A stretch of 63,229 nt of DNA, counting the filler, from Pirum gemmata (lineage: Eukaryota), in the NCBI GenBank assembly GCA_002812295.1. It is 18 parts of 18 records of this genome, joined end to end, with 100 filler letters (N's around TTAATTAATTAA, not from the genome) between each part and the next. Parts side by side here need not be neighbours in the genome. Positions count along the whole stretch, not along the records: positions 10,817 to 14,144 come from PDIN01002855.1; positions 14,245 to 17,492 come from PDIN01002856.1; positions 17,593 to 20,859 come from PDIN01002857.1; positions 20,960 to 24,266 come from PDIN01002858.1; positions 24,367 to 28,924 come from PDIN01002859.1; 13 more parts are not named here. One strand, written 5' to 3'. Below are positions 11,690 through 26,337 of this stretch, in pieces (positions within the stretch are counted from its first letter, which is position 1; each line of letters begins with the position of its first letter). The notes under the pieces are model-generated. The model did not search any database. It saw only the letters and a program-made list of their open reading frames with translations, and had not been told where the DNA came from. Position numbers and translations under genes: made by a program.

Positions 11690-12730
11690 CATACAATGAA
11701 ATCATACAATGAATCATCGGATAAAAATGCCTACATCACAGCACACGTTAGAGAATTAACAGCATACATTAAGACGGGAGAATTTAACGACAAATCCATA
11801 CAATCAGTCCCTCACGGTGAACATATATCAAACAACATAGCTGTAAGGTCAAAGCCAACGGTACCTAAAAATCTCGACTGAGCGTTAGGGGTGATCAATA
11901 TCAGGATGGGAACATCTACTACTCACCAGCTATATCTAAAAATGTCATACGTACTACTATATCACAAGCCATACATGACAACGATGACATGGCATTCTAT
12001 GACATGACCAGTGCCTTTATCCAATGTCGGCTCCCAACTAAAAAGTACATACACATATCACAAAGCATGCACCTAGTTCTAAATCTGTTACCACCAGCTC
12101 AGCAACAATTGCTTCAGGCTCACTATGACAAAAACAACACTACTAAATGTGTCATAGAGGTTGGTGTGGCCATGTATGGATGGCAGGACAGTGCACAAAT
12201 TTACTATGAGCACATTAAAACCTTTCTGGAACAACACGACTTTCATGAAAGTAATCTGGAGCCATGTATGTTTATTCGTAACAGCAGCGCCACACGACTA
12301 ATGATATTTGTCGATGATTACATTCTCAAAGGAAAAGATAAAACAATCATCAAATAGCTACAACAACGCTATACATTCTCAAAGGAAAAGATAAAACAAT
12401 CATCAAATAGCTACAACAACGCTATCCACTCAATCAGAAAACAGGCGATATAACAATAATCGTTATACAAATACAAATACACCGAACTGACCATCACACT
12501 AGTACTATTGTCCATAAACAGAAGTACATCGAAACCATTCAACAAAAATACAAAGCGCTAATACACCAATACCAGTAAAAAATAACATCAAAAATCATCA
12601 TCATGATACAACGGTGCCAAAACTGAAAGACAACCAGCGACAACTATATAATATATATGAAACTTACATCGACATGCATAATACAGTTTCTAGCTGATAC
12701 GTATAGACCGGATCTAGAGCATATGCAGCA
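11690..12730 (+). mobile_element. Degenerate Ty1/copia reverse transcriptase remnant
   Basis: YDMTSAFIQ (copia DVxxAFL), AMYGWQDS (LYGLKQS), SNLEPCMF (S..DPCxF), IFVDDY (YVDD); stops, frameshifts and a ~53-bp internal tandem duplication at about 12320-12425. Confidence 0.85.
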
Positions 12731-14364
12731 CATAGACTGACGCAATGCGTCAAACAACCGTACCAACCTCATCTACGGCGAGCATAACGGACACTACATT
12801 ATGCAATCAATACCAAACAATGGGACTATATTACACTCAACAAACCACTAATCAACCGATAATACGTGTTCATTTAAAAAAAAAGTGATGGAAAAACAAG
12901 TGAAAAAAAAAAAAAAAAAAAAAAAAAAACATTTTTACAAAATTATGGTAGTCTATAGAAGGTCTTTTCATAGTTTTTTCAGTGTTTTTTCAGTGTTTTT
13001 TCATAAATTTTATTCAAGTCTACTAGCTAGCTAGCTAGTAGCCTAGTCTAGCTAGTAGCCTAATTCGCAGACTCACGGTAACCACAGTGTAACACAAGTG
13101 TAACTGTGTAACCACGATGTAACCACCCACCCCTTTCTGATAATTAGTGTGTAGAATTAGTATGATAAAACAAGGACTTTTCTTTTTTGAAGCCAATAAT
13201 AATAATTTTTATCATAATATTATGAAATAAGCTAGCTACTACTACTAGCTAACTAGATATCTAGTAGATGAAACAAGTCACAGAAACAAGTCAACAAAAC
13301 TCGCAAAACTCTGCTCTGGCTAGCTAGCTAGTAGCTAGTAGCAAAACTAGTAGCTAGCTAGTCTAGCAACAAAACTAGCTACTAGAGTAGTATCGATAGC
13401 TAATAATATCATACCACAGGAGCTATCGTTCTTTTCATTTATTTTGTCACTCTTAATATTTATTTTGAGGGTTATAAAATCTTTAAATTGACATTGTTAA
13501 ATCAATACATAGATAATAAAATATATCAAATTAAATTAAAAGGATTTATATTATATTGATTTGGTACTATTTGTTGTTTATTTTATGATGAAAAAACAAC
13601 TGAAAAGCACTATATATACCGGTAGATGCCCAGGGTAGATGTATCATGTATGATAATAATGTAGATAATGTAGATGTCATATTATTATGGCAGTAAGGTA
13701 CCGGTATAATATTATCATAGCAATAGACAAATAGACAAACTATCCATCCCAGACTTACCAAATTTAGGTCTTTTTTTGACTGTTACCGTATGTGAAAAGT
13801 GACATTATGACATAGTCTAACAGTCTAAGTTGTCTAACCCTCTTCAAACAGCTCTTCAAACCCCGACCTAGCAAAAATTGTCCAGCAGGCTTGTGAGCTT
13901 GGTTGTTTTTAGCTGAAATATCACGTGATCATTTAGTTATGGATATTTTTATTATATTATTATTATTATTATTATAATATTGTTATTGTATATAATATTA
14001 TTATTAACATATTATTATTATTATTATTATTATTATATTATCATTGTTATTATTGTATTATTATTATATTATTATTATTTGAAAAAAAAAGTTTTGGTTC
14101 GGAAATTTTTTTGGAGGGGTAGATTTAGTTTGGAAAAAAAATCANNNNNNNNNNNNNNNNNNNNNNNNNNNNNNNNNNNNNNNNNNNNTTAATTAATTAA
14201 NNNNNNNNNNNNNNNNNNNNNNNNNNNNNNNNNNNNNNNNNNNNAATAATAATGATAATAATAATGATAATAATAAAAATGATAATAAAAATGATAATAA
14301 AAATGATAATAATAATGATAATAATGATAATAATAATATATTATCAGATACTAAATAGCTGCCA

Positions 14365-15050
14365 TAACCGTAATGAAAATGATAACACCCTTAATACGAT
14401 TTTTATTCGTAAACAATGATTAAATAAATAAAAATATAATTTTTGAAAAGTGAGCTGTATATTATTTCTCTTTATTTACAAATAAATACGAAAAATTGGC
14501 AATTAGCAAGCAATCATTATAAATACAAATTTAAACCACAGCGAAAAAAAATCGCATAACCTTTCCACCAAATCACACAAACTCTACTCCGTAAACAATG
14601 AATAAATAAACCGTAATAAAAATGATAACACCCTTAATACGGTTTTTATTCTTGAACAATAAATAAATAAATAAAAATAATTTTGTTTTGTGAAAAGTTA
14701 GCTGCATATTACTTCTCCTATTTATATTTATAAATAAATACGAAAAATTGGCAATTGACAAGCAATTATCATAAATACAAATTTAAACCACAGAGAAAAA
14801 AATTGCTTAACCATTCCACCAAATCACACAAACTCTACTCGAATACGGTTTTTATTCGTAAATAATGAATAAATAAATAAAATTGATATTATTTTAAATA
14901 TAATTTTGTGAAAAATGAGCTGTATATTGCTTCTCTTTATTTATAAATAAATACGAAATCTTCGTTGGCAAGCAATCATTATAAATACAAACCACAACGT
15001 AAAAAATTCTCTTAACCATTCCACCAAATTACACAAACAAACTCTACTTC
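14365..15050. repeat. Tandem ~240-bp repeat, about 3 copies, downstream of HSP20
   Basis: Repeated aaatgataacacccttaatacg, gcaagcaatcattataaatacaaa and ttccaccaaatcacacaaactctact blocks. Confidence 0.85.
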
Positions 15051-15200
15051 ATATGATAAGTACATTTATAGCACATTTTACAAATATAATAAAAATATAA
15101 TATCAAAATCTATATATCATTATTATTATAATATTAGTATATACATGAACCATAACTTCATAGCCATGATTGAATCTTGCAATTGATGGTTGATGATTGA

Positions 15201-16290
15201 TTATTTAATTGGGATGTTTACTCCAACTTGTTCTACCATTGGGTGCTTGGCAATAGTGACAGTCAAAACTCCTGAATCATATTTTGCATCAATATCTGTG
15301 CCCAAGAAACAAAACCAAAACCAAAACCAAAAGTGATAAAATCAATATAAAGTTTTAGTATTATAAATTAATAATTGACAACTGGATGGTGGGGGGGGGG
15401 GGGGGTATAGACGATAATTTAGTGTACAACATTGTTAATTGAAGTCCAAAAAAGAGATAATAGTTTTAATTTAGAATAATATTTTCACAAAGAGATTTAA
15501 TTAAGAATATTAATTGAAAAAAAAAACAAAGACTATTATTATACTAGGATAATAATTTACTTTGTTTGGACTTCGACTCTAATTAAAAAGATATGATAAT
15601 GAAAATGAAAATGAAAATGATAATGATAACGATAATAATGATAATGATAATGATAATGGTAATAGTAATAGTAATGATAATGATAATGGTAATGGTAATA
15701 GTAATGATAATGATAATGGTAATGGTAATAGTAATGATAATGATAATGATCGATAACGATAATGATCATGATAATTTATAATGATCATGATAATGGTAAT
15801 GATAATGGTCATGGCAATTAATGATAATGATGATGATGATGATAATAATAATAATAACATTTAGAATATGATCATCAACCTTTTTCGCTCAAACCTTCAG
15901 GAAGTGAAAAAGACCTTTTATAAGAACCAGAAAAGCGTTCTTTTTTATGAAAAGTTACACCTTCATTGTCAACTACATAATCAAAACAAAAACCCCAGAT
16001 TATGTAAAAAAAGTGTAAATAATAATATTAAAAATATTAATATTAATAAAAATTGTAAATATGCATAGTCATAGGCATATAGTAATAGTCTTAGATATAG
16101 GCATAGGCATAGGCATAGGCATAGGCATAGGCATAGGCATAGGCATAGGCATAGGCATAGGCATAGGCATAGGCATAGGTATAGGCATAGGCATAGGCAT
16201 AGGCATAGTAAATTTTAATAGTAATAGTAAATTTTAATAGTAATAGTAAATTACTAAAATAGTAATAGAAAATTAATAATAATAACAATA

Positions 16291-16321
<31 letters not shown>

Positions 16322-17371
16322 TTGCAATACTTATTTCAATTATTATAAACTCCAACATACCATCCTTTTCATCCACGTTTGAAACAGCAGCTGAAAGGGT
16401 GAGAGTACGGTCCTGAAAATCGATTTTGATATTCTTTCTATCAACACTGGGGAATTCAGCTATACAATGCAATTCCAAAGAATACATAAATGAATCATTA
16501 GGGATCATTAATTTATTATGTATCCGTAATTTTTATTAATATTTTTTATTCAGCCAAAATAATAAAAAATGGTAACATTATAGACTTTTAAACAAACATA
16601 AGACTATATTAACATATATATTAAAACCTACCAATTTAAATATTAAACATGTGTAATTAAATTGTATATCTGAATTAAATAATAAATAGACAAAAACATA
16701 CATGCACATGTACATGTACAATTAATGCCACTTTAAAAAAAAAACACGAAGGCAAATATATAAGTATAATAGTTGCAGGATTCGTGTAATTAATACCAGG
16801 AGGAACTTTAAATCACAATTACAATCTCAAGGGCAAATAAGTATAATAGTTATAAAGTTAGTGAAATTAATACTAGGAGGAAGTTTAAATAGAAAAAGTA
16901 ATAATGAAATCAGTAAAAAAAAAACAAAAGAAAACGGAAAAACGAAACCAAGGTAGATACCGGAAAACATAATCGAATCAAAAAGCTTGATCCTTTCGAG
17001 TTTCAAGTTTTTTTCTATGAAATTTCTAAGAATTTTTAAGAATTTTTTAATGAAATCAAAATCAGTCAATACTTAAAATTAGATCGAAAATTTCAAAAGT
17101 TTCGAATTAGTCTTGGTTCGATGAGTTTTCCTGCATCCCCGAGAACAATTTCCCCCTGGAAGTAAAAAAAATAAAATAAAATAAAAAAAAACTCTAGAAA
17201 ACATACACACACACTGTGACACACAAAACAAAAACAAAAAACACACCCACACAAAAAAAAATAATAATAATAAAGTGACCTTGGATCTTGTAAGATTTTT
17301 CGTCTTCCAGAATGTTGCACAACGGGGTGGCAAATTTACTAGCCACTGATCCAGTCGCACGACCAAAAGGG
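15201..17371 (-). CDS. HSP20: Small heat-shock protein (HSP20/alpha-crystallin domain), exons 17371-17280, 16459-16361, 15972-15880, 15295-15201; 5' exon(s) missing
   Basis: Phase-consistent splice: PFGRATGSVASKFATPLCNILEDEKSYKIQAEFPSVDRKNIKIDFQDRTLTLSA...FHKKERFSGSYKRSFSLPEGLSEKDIDAKYDSGVLTVTIAK...NIPIK*, with ERxxGxxxRxFxLP and AxYxxGVLTVxxxK signatures. Confidence 0.93.
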
Positions 17372-18286
17372 CTATATATGGTAAAAAGAAAATTTGAGTA
17401 CTAATAATAAGGACAATAACAATATCATGAAAATAATGGCCATAATAACAACAATAACAACAATAACAACAATAACAACAATAACAACAATANNNNNNNN
17501 NNNNNNNNNNNNNNNNNNNNNNNNNNNNNNNNNNNNTTAATTAATTAANNNNNNNNNNNNNNNNNNNNNNNNNNNNNNNNNNNNNNNNNNNNTTAATTTA
17601 ATTTGGTATATTTTATTATCTATTTATTGATTTAAAAATGTATATTTAAAGATTATAACCCTCCAAATAAATATTCAGAGTGACAAAATAAATGAAAAGC
17701 ACGATAATAATAATTTATTGTGCTTTTTAATTAAAAATGTCAATTTAAAGATTATAACCCTCTAAATGAAAAAGACGATATGATATGACTGATAGTAGCT
17801 ACAAGTTATCCTAGTTGGTTCAAAGGAGGTAGGTACCCTGGGGTAGACTACTGTCTGACTACAGAAGTTACTATGATACAAAACTATGATACTACAAACT
17901 AACTACACAACTACAATATATTATAAAATTTTATTATCATATTATTATTATTTAGTCACAGGAAATTTTTTCATAGAGCCTTTGATAACTCTTAGTACGA
18001 CTGTGCACTGACTGTGCGAGAGGTACATAATTTCTCCATAATTTCTCTTTTATTAAAAAATAATGTATACTATATATGTATACATGCTTTATTATGTAGT
18101 TCCCCCTCCTGTAGACAATCTCTCATATCTCTATGTATTTATGGATATCATATCGATATCGAATACCCCCACAAGGAGCTGCCCACAAGAACAGTCATCA
18201 CTCAGACAATCATCACGTAGTGACGTAGGCGACTGACTATATATGTATGATTTATTTATCTTATTTTTTTATAAATGTAAAAGAGA

Positions 18287-18339
<53 letters not shown>

Positions 18340-18961
18340 TTTTTTTTGAGTTAGCAAAGGGGCAATGCAATATCTAAAATTTAACTAGCTATCGATAGTC
18401 TATCGATAATGATTTCCCTATGATATTATTTCCCAAGATATTTCCTAGCTAGAGATTATTTCCCTAGCTAGCTAACTAGCAAAAAGGCAATTTTTTTTCC
18501 CAAATTAGGATTTGTTTTCAGCTCGATGTAGTTTTTTTCAATTTCGAACACAAATCAACATAAATTATACGTCATCATAAAAAAAAAAACACCCATCTTT
18601 CATAGTCTATGATACAAAAAATTGAGATTTGCCCATTGAAAATTAATAATTTAACTATAATTTAGCTAATTTCATCCAAAATTCGAAACTTTCAAATTTT
18701 GTTTTGTTTTATTCAATTAAAAGTTATTATTAAATATTTAAATTTTATTGGATATATTTAATTAGCTTTTTAAAATAAAAGACTTTTCTGTAGATATCAG
18801 GAACGCTATATTGGACAAAAATTCTGAAACTTTTATAATAGACCAAAAGGACTTCAAAAAAAAAGACTTTTTTTTAATAGTGCAGTGCTGTAAGTAAGTT
18901 TGTAAGTAGTGTATAAAAATATTTATAAAAGATTATCACTAACTTTTTTTTTTTTTTTTTT

Positions 18962-19140
18962 AAACTACCAAGNTGATTCAATTTTAATGAAAGTACTGCC
19001 AAAATTTGAGAAATAGTTAAAAAAAGAAAACTCTATTATGAGCCAATAGCTAGTTTTTAAAAATAATTTGGCTAATTTTCATTATAAAGTTTTTAGGAAA
19101 GAAGTCTAAAAAAAAATGATTTCGGCAGTTTTATCCAGCT
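18962..19140 (+). repeat. Dispersed repeat family (inverted copy at about 20975-21160; fragments at about 30830 and 31830)
   Basis: aaagtactgccaaaatttgagaaat...ctagtttttaaaaataatttg...gaaagaagtctaaaaaaaa is found reverse-complemented in the next contig. Confidence 0.6.
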
Positions 19141-19915
19141 TTATTGTTTTTTTTTTTTAATGCTCATTAGAGCTTCATTAGACTAGTCTATTTATTGATA
19201 AAAAAAAAAAAAAAAATCTAGTATGTATCATAGTAGCTAGACAACACTAACTATGTCATAGCTATCATAGTTAGAGCTACCATCATACTAGCTAGCTAGC
19301 TAGCTAGCTAGAGCTCTACTAGCTAGTTATGCAACAGACCTATAGCTAGCTAGAGATTTTTTTTTTTTAAAAAAAAAAATAAATAAATAAAAAAGGCAGT
19401 CTCTCTGACTAGCTAGCTAGGTCTCTCTCGAGGTCTCTCTGGAGTTAAAAGGTTGACTATCATAAAAAAAAAAGTCTGATGAGTCAGTGAGCTCTAGCTA
19501 GCTAGCTAGCAGTGCTCTACTAGGACTAGCTAGCTAAGGTCGGTGCCTCTAGCTAGCTAGCTAGAGTAGTAAGTCTAGGCTCTACAGTGGCTTATAGCTA
19601 GTGGCTAAATTCTACTCCTGTGAATCGGTTCAGGAAGAGGGTTTAGCCAAGCAGATTATAATAATAACCAAAATGGTATGTGATTAGCTAGTGTGATTGG
19701 CTATTGCGTTGTGGTGGGATTTTTTGACTGTGGGCTTTTGAATGGCCCTTTTCCCCTTTTCCTCCAAATTTGTGGCTTTTAATAAAAAAAGACCCAATTA
19801 ACTGCACTACATATACAGTGATTTATAAATCAACATTTTTTTTTTTTTTTTTCCCAACTTCCCAAGTTCCCCAACACAAAGAGTACACTTGTACTACACA
19901 AAGACACAAAGGTTT

Positions 19916-20124
19916 ATTTAGCTTCTGCCTGCTATGCATAGCTAGATGGTAATTAGTCTAGCTGCAGGGCTTCTAAACCTAACTCCCTAAGAGCTTAGCG
20001 ACTGGACCAGTTTTTCCTAGCATTTAGCTTCTGCCTGCTATGCATAGCTAGATGGTAATTAGCCTAGCTGCAGGGTTTCTAAACCTAACTCCCTAAGAAC
20101 TTAGCGACTGGTCCAGTTTTTCCT
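19916..20124. repeat. Tandem duplication, 106-bp period, ~95% identical
   Basis: atttagcttctgcctgctatgcatagctagatggtaattag...gcgactgg.ccagtttttcct occurs twice (19916, 20022). Confidence 0.9.
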
Positions 20125-21371
20125 TGCCAATTTTGTTAGAGGTGTGTTCAGTAACTAACCCAGTGGACAGGACAAAAAATTATTAAAAGCACTATACAAA
20201 TAAACATATAATATAATATAGTATATGTATAATATGTATGGTGTATTATTTATAAATAATTATGATTTTTATTTATAGGGGATCTATGATACTACCAGTA
20301 TATATCATAGTCCAAAATATAATATATAGACAGTATAATAGACTAGCTAGAGGATCGATAATAAAGTGGAGGCATGTCATACATAATCTATATACGATCA
20401 AACTACTATCAAACTGTACAATATACGATAAATAAAAGATTTGAACTGAGTCCATAGCTAGCGTATATCTGTATTGATAATCTCCAAATGTTCCTATAAT
20501 AGACTAGATTTTTTTTTTTTTTTTTCCTCAAAAATAGTTCAAAAATCCACCCAAAAATAATATATGACTTACCAAAAATAATATATAACTTACCAAAAGA
20601 AAGTAATTTTACTTTAAATGGCAATTTATTTATTTATTTATTTATATGTTTATTTGTCTATTTATTTTTATATTTAGCACTTGCTCCTTACACTAGCTAG
20701 CTAGCTAGCTAGTCTACTACTACTAGAGCTACTATCATACTAGTAGAGTGCCTGGGCCCTATTAAACTAAGGGCTGTTTTGAGCCTCTGAGCACGACGAA
20801 CTTACAGGTTATTTTATAGTGCTTTTCATTTGTTTTGTCATCATAAAATAAACAATAAANNNNNNNNNNNNNNNNNNNNNNNNNNNNNNNNNNNNNNNNN
20901 NNNTTAATTAATTAANNNNNNNNNNNNNNNNNNNNNNNNNNNNNNNNNNNNNNNNNNNNTTTTTTTTTTTTAGCAGCCAAGCCGGGTAAAACTGTAGAAA
21001 TAGTCTAATTTTTTTTTAGACTTCTTTTCTAAAAGTCTTTAATGATAACAAGTCAAATTATTTTTAAAAACTAGCAATTGGTTCATAATACAGTTTTTGA
21101 GTTAAAATATTTCTATAATTTTGGTAGCACTTTTGTTAAAATTGGATCAATTTGGTTTTTTGAGCTTTTATGGTGGATGTCGCCATTTTTATCCGGATTT
21201 TATTATTATTATGATTATTTTTTAAAAATTTATAAATAAATATAGATAAATATGGCAATAATTATAAATAAAGTAATTTTTTTCACTTTTTTTCCCTATC
21301 ATTATTAAAAAAAAAAAAAATTAAAAAAAAAGGACCAATCAGCTACTAGACTATCTACTATGAGTCTATGA

Positions 21372-21578
21372 TAGTTCTCCCAATTCTGCTCTGTTTAAAA
21401 ATCGAGATTTCGAGTCTGTATACTAATTAGTAAGTTCGGAAAGTTCAAGCTTACANTTTATTTATTAATAAACCCGAAAAATACGAAAAAAAATATTTTT
21501 CAAACGTAGCTGAATTTTGGCTTTTTTTGACAGCAGAAATTCGAGTTTTCGGGTTTGAGCATAATTGGGAGAGGCCTA
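21372..21578 (+). mobile_element. hAT-like MITE, diverged relative of family D
   Basis: Ends tagttctcccaattctgct / gcataattgggagaggccta; internal tttattaataaac and cagaaat.cgag.ttttcggg shared with 54003-54232. Confidence 0.55.
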
Positions 21579-24500
21579 ACCTAAAGTCTAATTCATAGTG
21601 CAAAGTTGCAATTAAGCTAAAAACATCCAACTTTTGGGGTTCACAATAATTTTAATTTTCAAATATAAGTAATTTAATAGTTATTAAATAGATTTGAAAT
21701 ATTCGAATATAATATATAAAAAAATGTGTGACTTTTTACTAGTAAAAAAAGTAGGACGTTTTTTGATTGTTTGCACCATATGATCATATTGGACAGTAGT
21801 ACTGTAGTAGTAGCTAGCTAGCTAGCTAGTAGAACTATGATAGACATCATAGACTAGCTAGTATGATCTAGCTAGCTAGCTAGCTAGTAGTCTATGCATA
21901 ACAATAAAACAGCTAATAAAACCATTACCCTAAATATTTATTTGGTTGGTTATGTTATTTAATTTGACATTTTTAAATTAATAAATATGGATAATTAAAT
22001 ACACCAAATTAAATTAAATGGATCCATATAGTATTAATCTGGTACGCTTTATCGTATATTTTATGCATAGCTAGTAGCCTGCTAGTAGCCCCACACTTAT
22101 GCAAAAAAGAAGAGGAAAAGTGCTAGTCTAGCTAGACTAGCTAGTCTACTAGCTAGCTAGCTAGTCTACAGGGAGAGACTAGTCTAGACTATATTATCAT
22201 GTTGTGTTTTTCAATAGTGTTGTCCAGTTCAAAAACTGAAGTAATCTTACCAAATTATTACTATCGGACATGTTTCGATTAATTTGGTATTTTATACTTA
22301 ATATTTCATTTTATAAAACAGCTCGATTATACACTTAAAAAGTACCAAAATAAATATTGAGAGAACAACTGTAATGAAATAGAAGATAGATGATAATATT
22401 ATAGTCTACTCAGGTTAGGCTGGTTTTATTATTACCATATGCATGTTTTCATTTTCTAGAAACATCCGAATTAAAATTCGAATATAGAATTCATATTATG
22501 TTTATAGCAATAAAGTAGTCTAATGAAGTATTGATAAAGAATAAAGAATAAATTTCAAGCCATTTTCTATATAAAAATATAAATTATGTATAATTTATAA
22601 TTATACAAATATTATACTAATATTAATATTAATATTAATTAGGGTTAGGGTTAGGGTTAGGGTTAGGGTTAGGGTTAGGGTTAGGGTTAGGGTTAGGGTT
22701 AATATTAATATGGTTTTTTTTTAAATAAATAAATGAACGAAATTACTTTACTTGTTTTGCAAAACGGTAATGATTTTAAATCACCTTTAACCAATTTGAA
22801 TTTACCCTATAAATTGTTACATATTTTTCAATCAGAACAAGACTTAAAACCTTTGGTTCTCTTACTTTTCATTTACTTCAATATTAAAGTCATTTGCAAG
22901 ATAATATATTATGTATGTGTGTGTACGTATACGATATAATTTTGAGGGCTAGAAAATTATTATTTCCAGTTTCCAGAAGGAATAATATAATATTATAATA
23001 TATATTTATATTAATATTAATATTAATATAGAAATAATTCTAGGAAATAATTAATTATTATTCTTAATATTAATATCTAACTAAAATCATGCTCATATGT
23101 TTCGACTGTATTAATATTATTTTGAATTGAAAAAGAAAAATTTAATATTTTATTAATACGTACACTACTACTACTATAATATTAATACTACTACATGACT
23201 ATATATTATTTTTAAATTTTATAGAACCCGGGCGGGCTACCAGGTAGTGCTTTTCAGTTGTTTTGTCATCATAATAAAATAAACAATAAATAGTACATAA
23301 TTAATACAATATAAATCCATTTAATTCAATTTGGTATATTTCATTATCTATGTATTGATTTAATAAAAATGTCAATTTAAAGATTATAACCCTTCAAGTA
23401 AATATTTAGAGTGACAAAACATATGAAAAGCACGATATATAGTTTAGTTAGTACTATCGATATTGTGTTCAAAAACTGAAATAAACGTACCAAATAATGT
23501 TATATTTTATAAATAAGACATATTTTAATTAATTTGGTATTAAATTTTTATACTTAAAATGTTGTATTTTATAAATAAGTTCAATTATACACTAGTACTT
23601 TTAAACAGTATTAATACCAAATTAAAGATTGAGAAGACAACTGTAATAAAATTGACGATAGTAGTATATAGTAGTAGAGTCTTAGTAGTAGTAGTAGTAA
23701 AAAAAAAAAAGAAACGCCGCATAGACCCCAGTCTACAGCTTCACAACCGTGTCGATGGTGGAAAAGTGTTTGATGAGTTGGAATTTGGAAGGTACAAATT
23801 CTAGTTCTTTCGCATGCGCAAAAGGTCAGCACTAATAATTATAACCCTTTAGAAAACTACCCATCCTTTACAACCCTAACCTAACAGTTTCCTAACCTAA
23901 TCCTAACCCTAACCTAACAGTTTCCTAACCAAATCCTAACCCTAACCCTACCCTATTGTAAACCCTAACCCTAACCCTTTTAAAAAGTGAAAAAGGAAAC
24001 AATAAGTTCCAAAAATGTTCCAACTTTTATAAATAGCACTTGGATAACAAACAACAAACAACAATCAACAAACAAAAAAATAGCATTGAGCATGCCCCCA
24101 CTTCTGTTGACAATAATTTGTGAAGCTAATAAAGTTTAATTGTAAATAATCATGAATGATATCATCTTCTAGTAATTATTGTACATGTATAAATAATAAT
24201 ATTATTATGTTGATAATATTGTTAATATTATTATTATTATTAATATTATTATTATTATTACTATTANNNNNNNNNNNNNNNNNNNNNNNNNNNNNNNNNN
24301 NNNNNNNNNNTTAATTAATTAANNNNNNNNNNNNNNNNNNNNNNNNNNNNNNNNNNNNNNNNNNNNTTTTTTTTTTTTTTTTCTTCTCTTTTTTTTTCCT
24401 TCCGTTTTTTTTTTTTTGCTTTGTCTTTTTTGTCTTTTTTTAAATACCAAGATCAAAATTAGTAAAAGTATTAGGGCTGTCACTGTAAACATATGGTTGT

Positions 24501-25116
24501 AATTGTCATCTTATGAATTTTCAAAGCATTTGCGACATAAACGGTAAAAAATGCGTTTTGAAGTTGCCATAAAAGTCAATGATTGTATTAAAATTTGCCA
24601 TAAACGGCAACTATCGATATTAATAGTTACGATTAATTTTAATTTGGTTCGTTCATTCGATCGTTTAAAGCTTGCAAACCTAGTTGTCTATAAATAATAT
24701 ATATATTGAAATAATAAAGTAAACAATTAATAAATACAAATAGGTAAAGAAGTAAAATGATGTATTTATTATAAGGATAATAAATAAATAAGTAAATAAA
24801 CAAAACGATTAACAAATGATATAATAATTATAATAATCAATTATAATAATCAATTATAATAATCAATTATAATAATTATGATAATAATAATAATAATAAT
24901 AATAATAACTATAATACTGATAATAATAATAGTAACTATAACAATGTTAATAATAATAATAACTATAATAATAGTAACTATAACTATCATAACAACTATA
25001 ATAATTACAATAACAACAATCCACACATTTACAATAACTTTAACAATGACTTCCATAACAACCATAATAATAATAACAACAATACTAACAATATATACTA
25101 CCACAACAACGCGAAT

Positions 25117-26291
25117 ATGAATCCCAATATGAATATGAACCGACCTAGTCCCCACAACACTCCTAACTCTCATCATAATATTTCACAAATGCAACAAATG
25201 CTATACAATAATAATATACAACAAATGATGTACAATCAATCTGTTATGAGAAATAACAGCAACAACCACAACAACCACAACAACCACAACAACCACAACA
25301 GCATGAACATGCAATATAATGATAATCATCTTCCTTTAGTCAATCACAATTCCATTTCCAGTCCCAACTACAACAATAATAATAATATTAACCACAGCCA
25401 TAAGAGAAATAAACACAATAAACCAAATAGAAGATTGAGTCTAGCCAGAGATGATTTATATGATAACGATAAGAATAAATTTCAAATCAACTTAACTGTT
25501 TATAAGTTAGTGAAAATATCAGTAATAATTGTTTTGGTTGTTTGTATTTTTATTGCAGTATCAGGTATTGTATTATGTATGTGTAAAATGGGAAACTTGG
25601 TTCTTTCGCCTGGATCGTATTCTTACAGTAATAGTGGTAAAAATATTTTAGTAGGAAAAGTAAACCAACCGATTAATAATAATGATCAACTAATGCACCA
25701 CAATATGTGTTTAAAATTAAACAAACAAAAGTGTGATAAAAACGCGAATTGTGTAGAAATAGAAGCTTTTCTTTATAAATGTATTTGTAAGGATGGTTAT
25801 ATTGGTAATGGGGTTAGTTGTCGTTTTTTAAGCAATTCAAGTGAAAATGACAATGATAGTGAAAATAGTAACGACCCTAATGATCAAGATGGACAATACA
25901 AGAATGCAGCTCGAACAAAATCTAGGACACGAAGAGAGCAACAACCGCAACCGCAACCGCAACCGCAACCGCAACCGCAACCGCAACCGCAATCGCAACC
26001 ACAACCACAACCACAAATAGAGCAATATCCTTTAGAAAGTCAGAGGGAAAGAAGAAATGATATTGAAGAGGAATCTCATGAGATTGAGCGTCGAAATAGC
26101 GAAAACGAAAATTCGGATTCTAATCCTATCGATTTAACTTTTCAAATACAGCGTGGTGACGTAGCTATTGATTTCCAGTTTAAAATGGATGGAGGTAATG
26201 GTGATACCCTAACAGGCCCTAATAATAACGTTAACGATAATGTTGTTATCGAAAGGCCAGTTACACAACCACAACTACAACTGCCACCACC

Positions 26292-26337
<46 letters not shown>

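Noticed and set aside
17093..17160. Exon-like GEIVLGDAGKLIEPRLIRNF* and the 15557-15580 fragment within HSP20 introns
   Set aside because: The HSP20 frame and domain are complete without them; the first ends in a stop and resembles dispersed repeat sequence
22740..24130. Possible minus-strand exons (LTFCACERTRICTFQIPTHQ..., PSKLYRIRTHTY..., GKFKLVKGDLKSLPFCKT)
   Set aside because: Plausible splice sites, but no recognisable homology and ambiguous frames; needs RNA-seq
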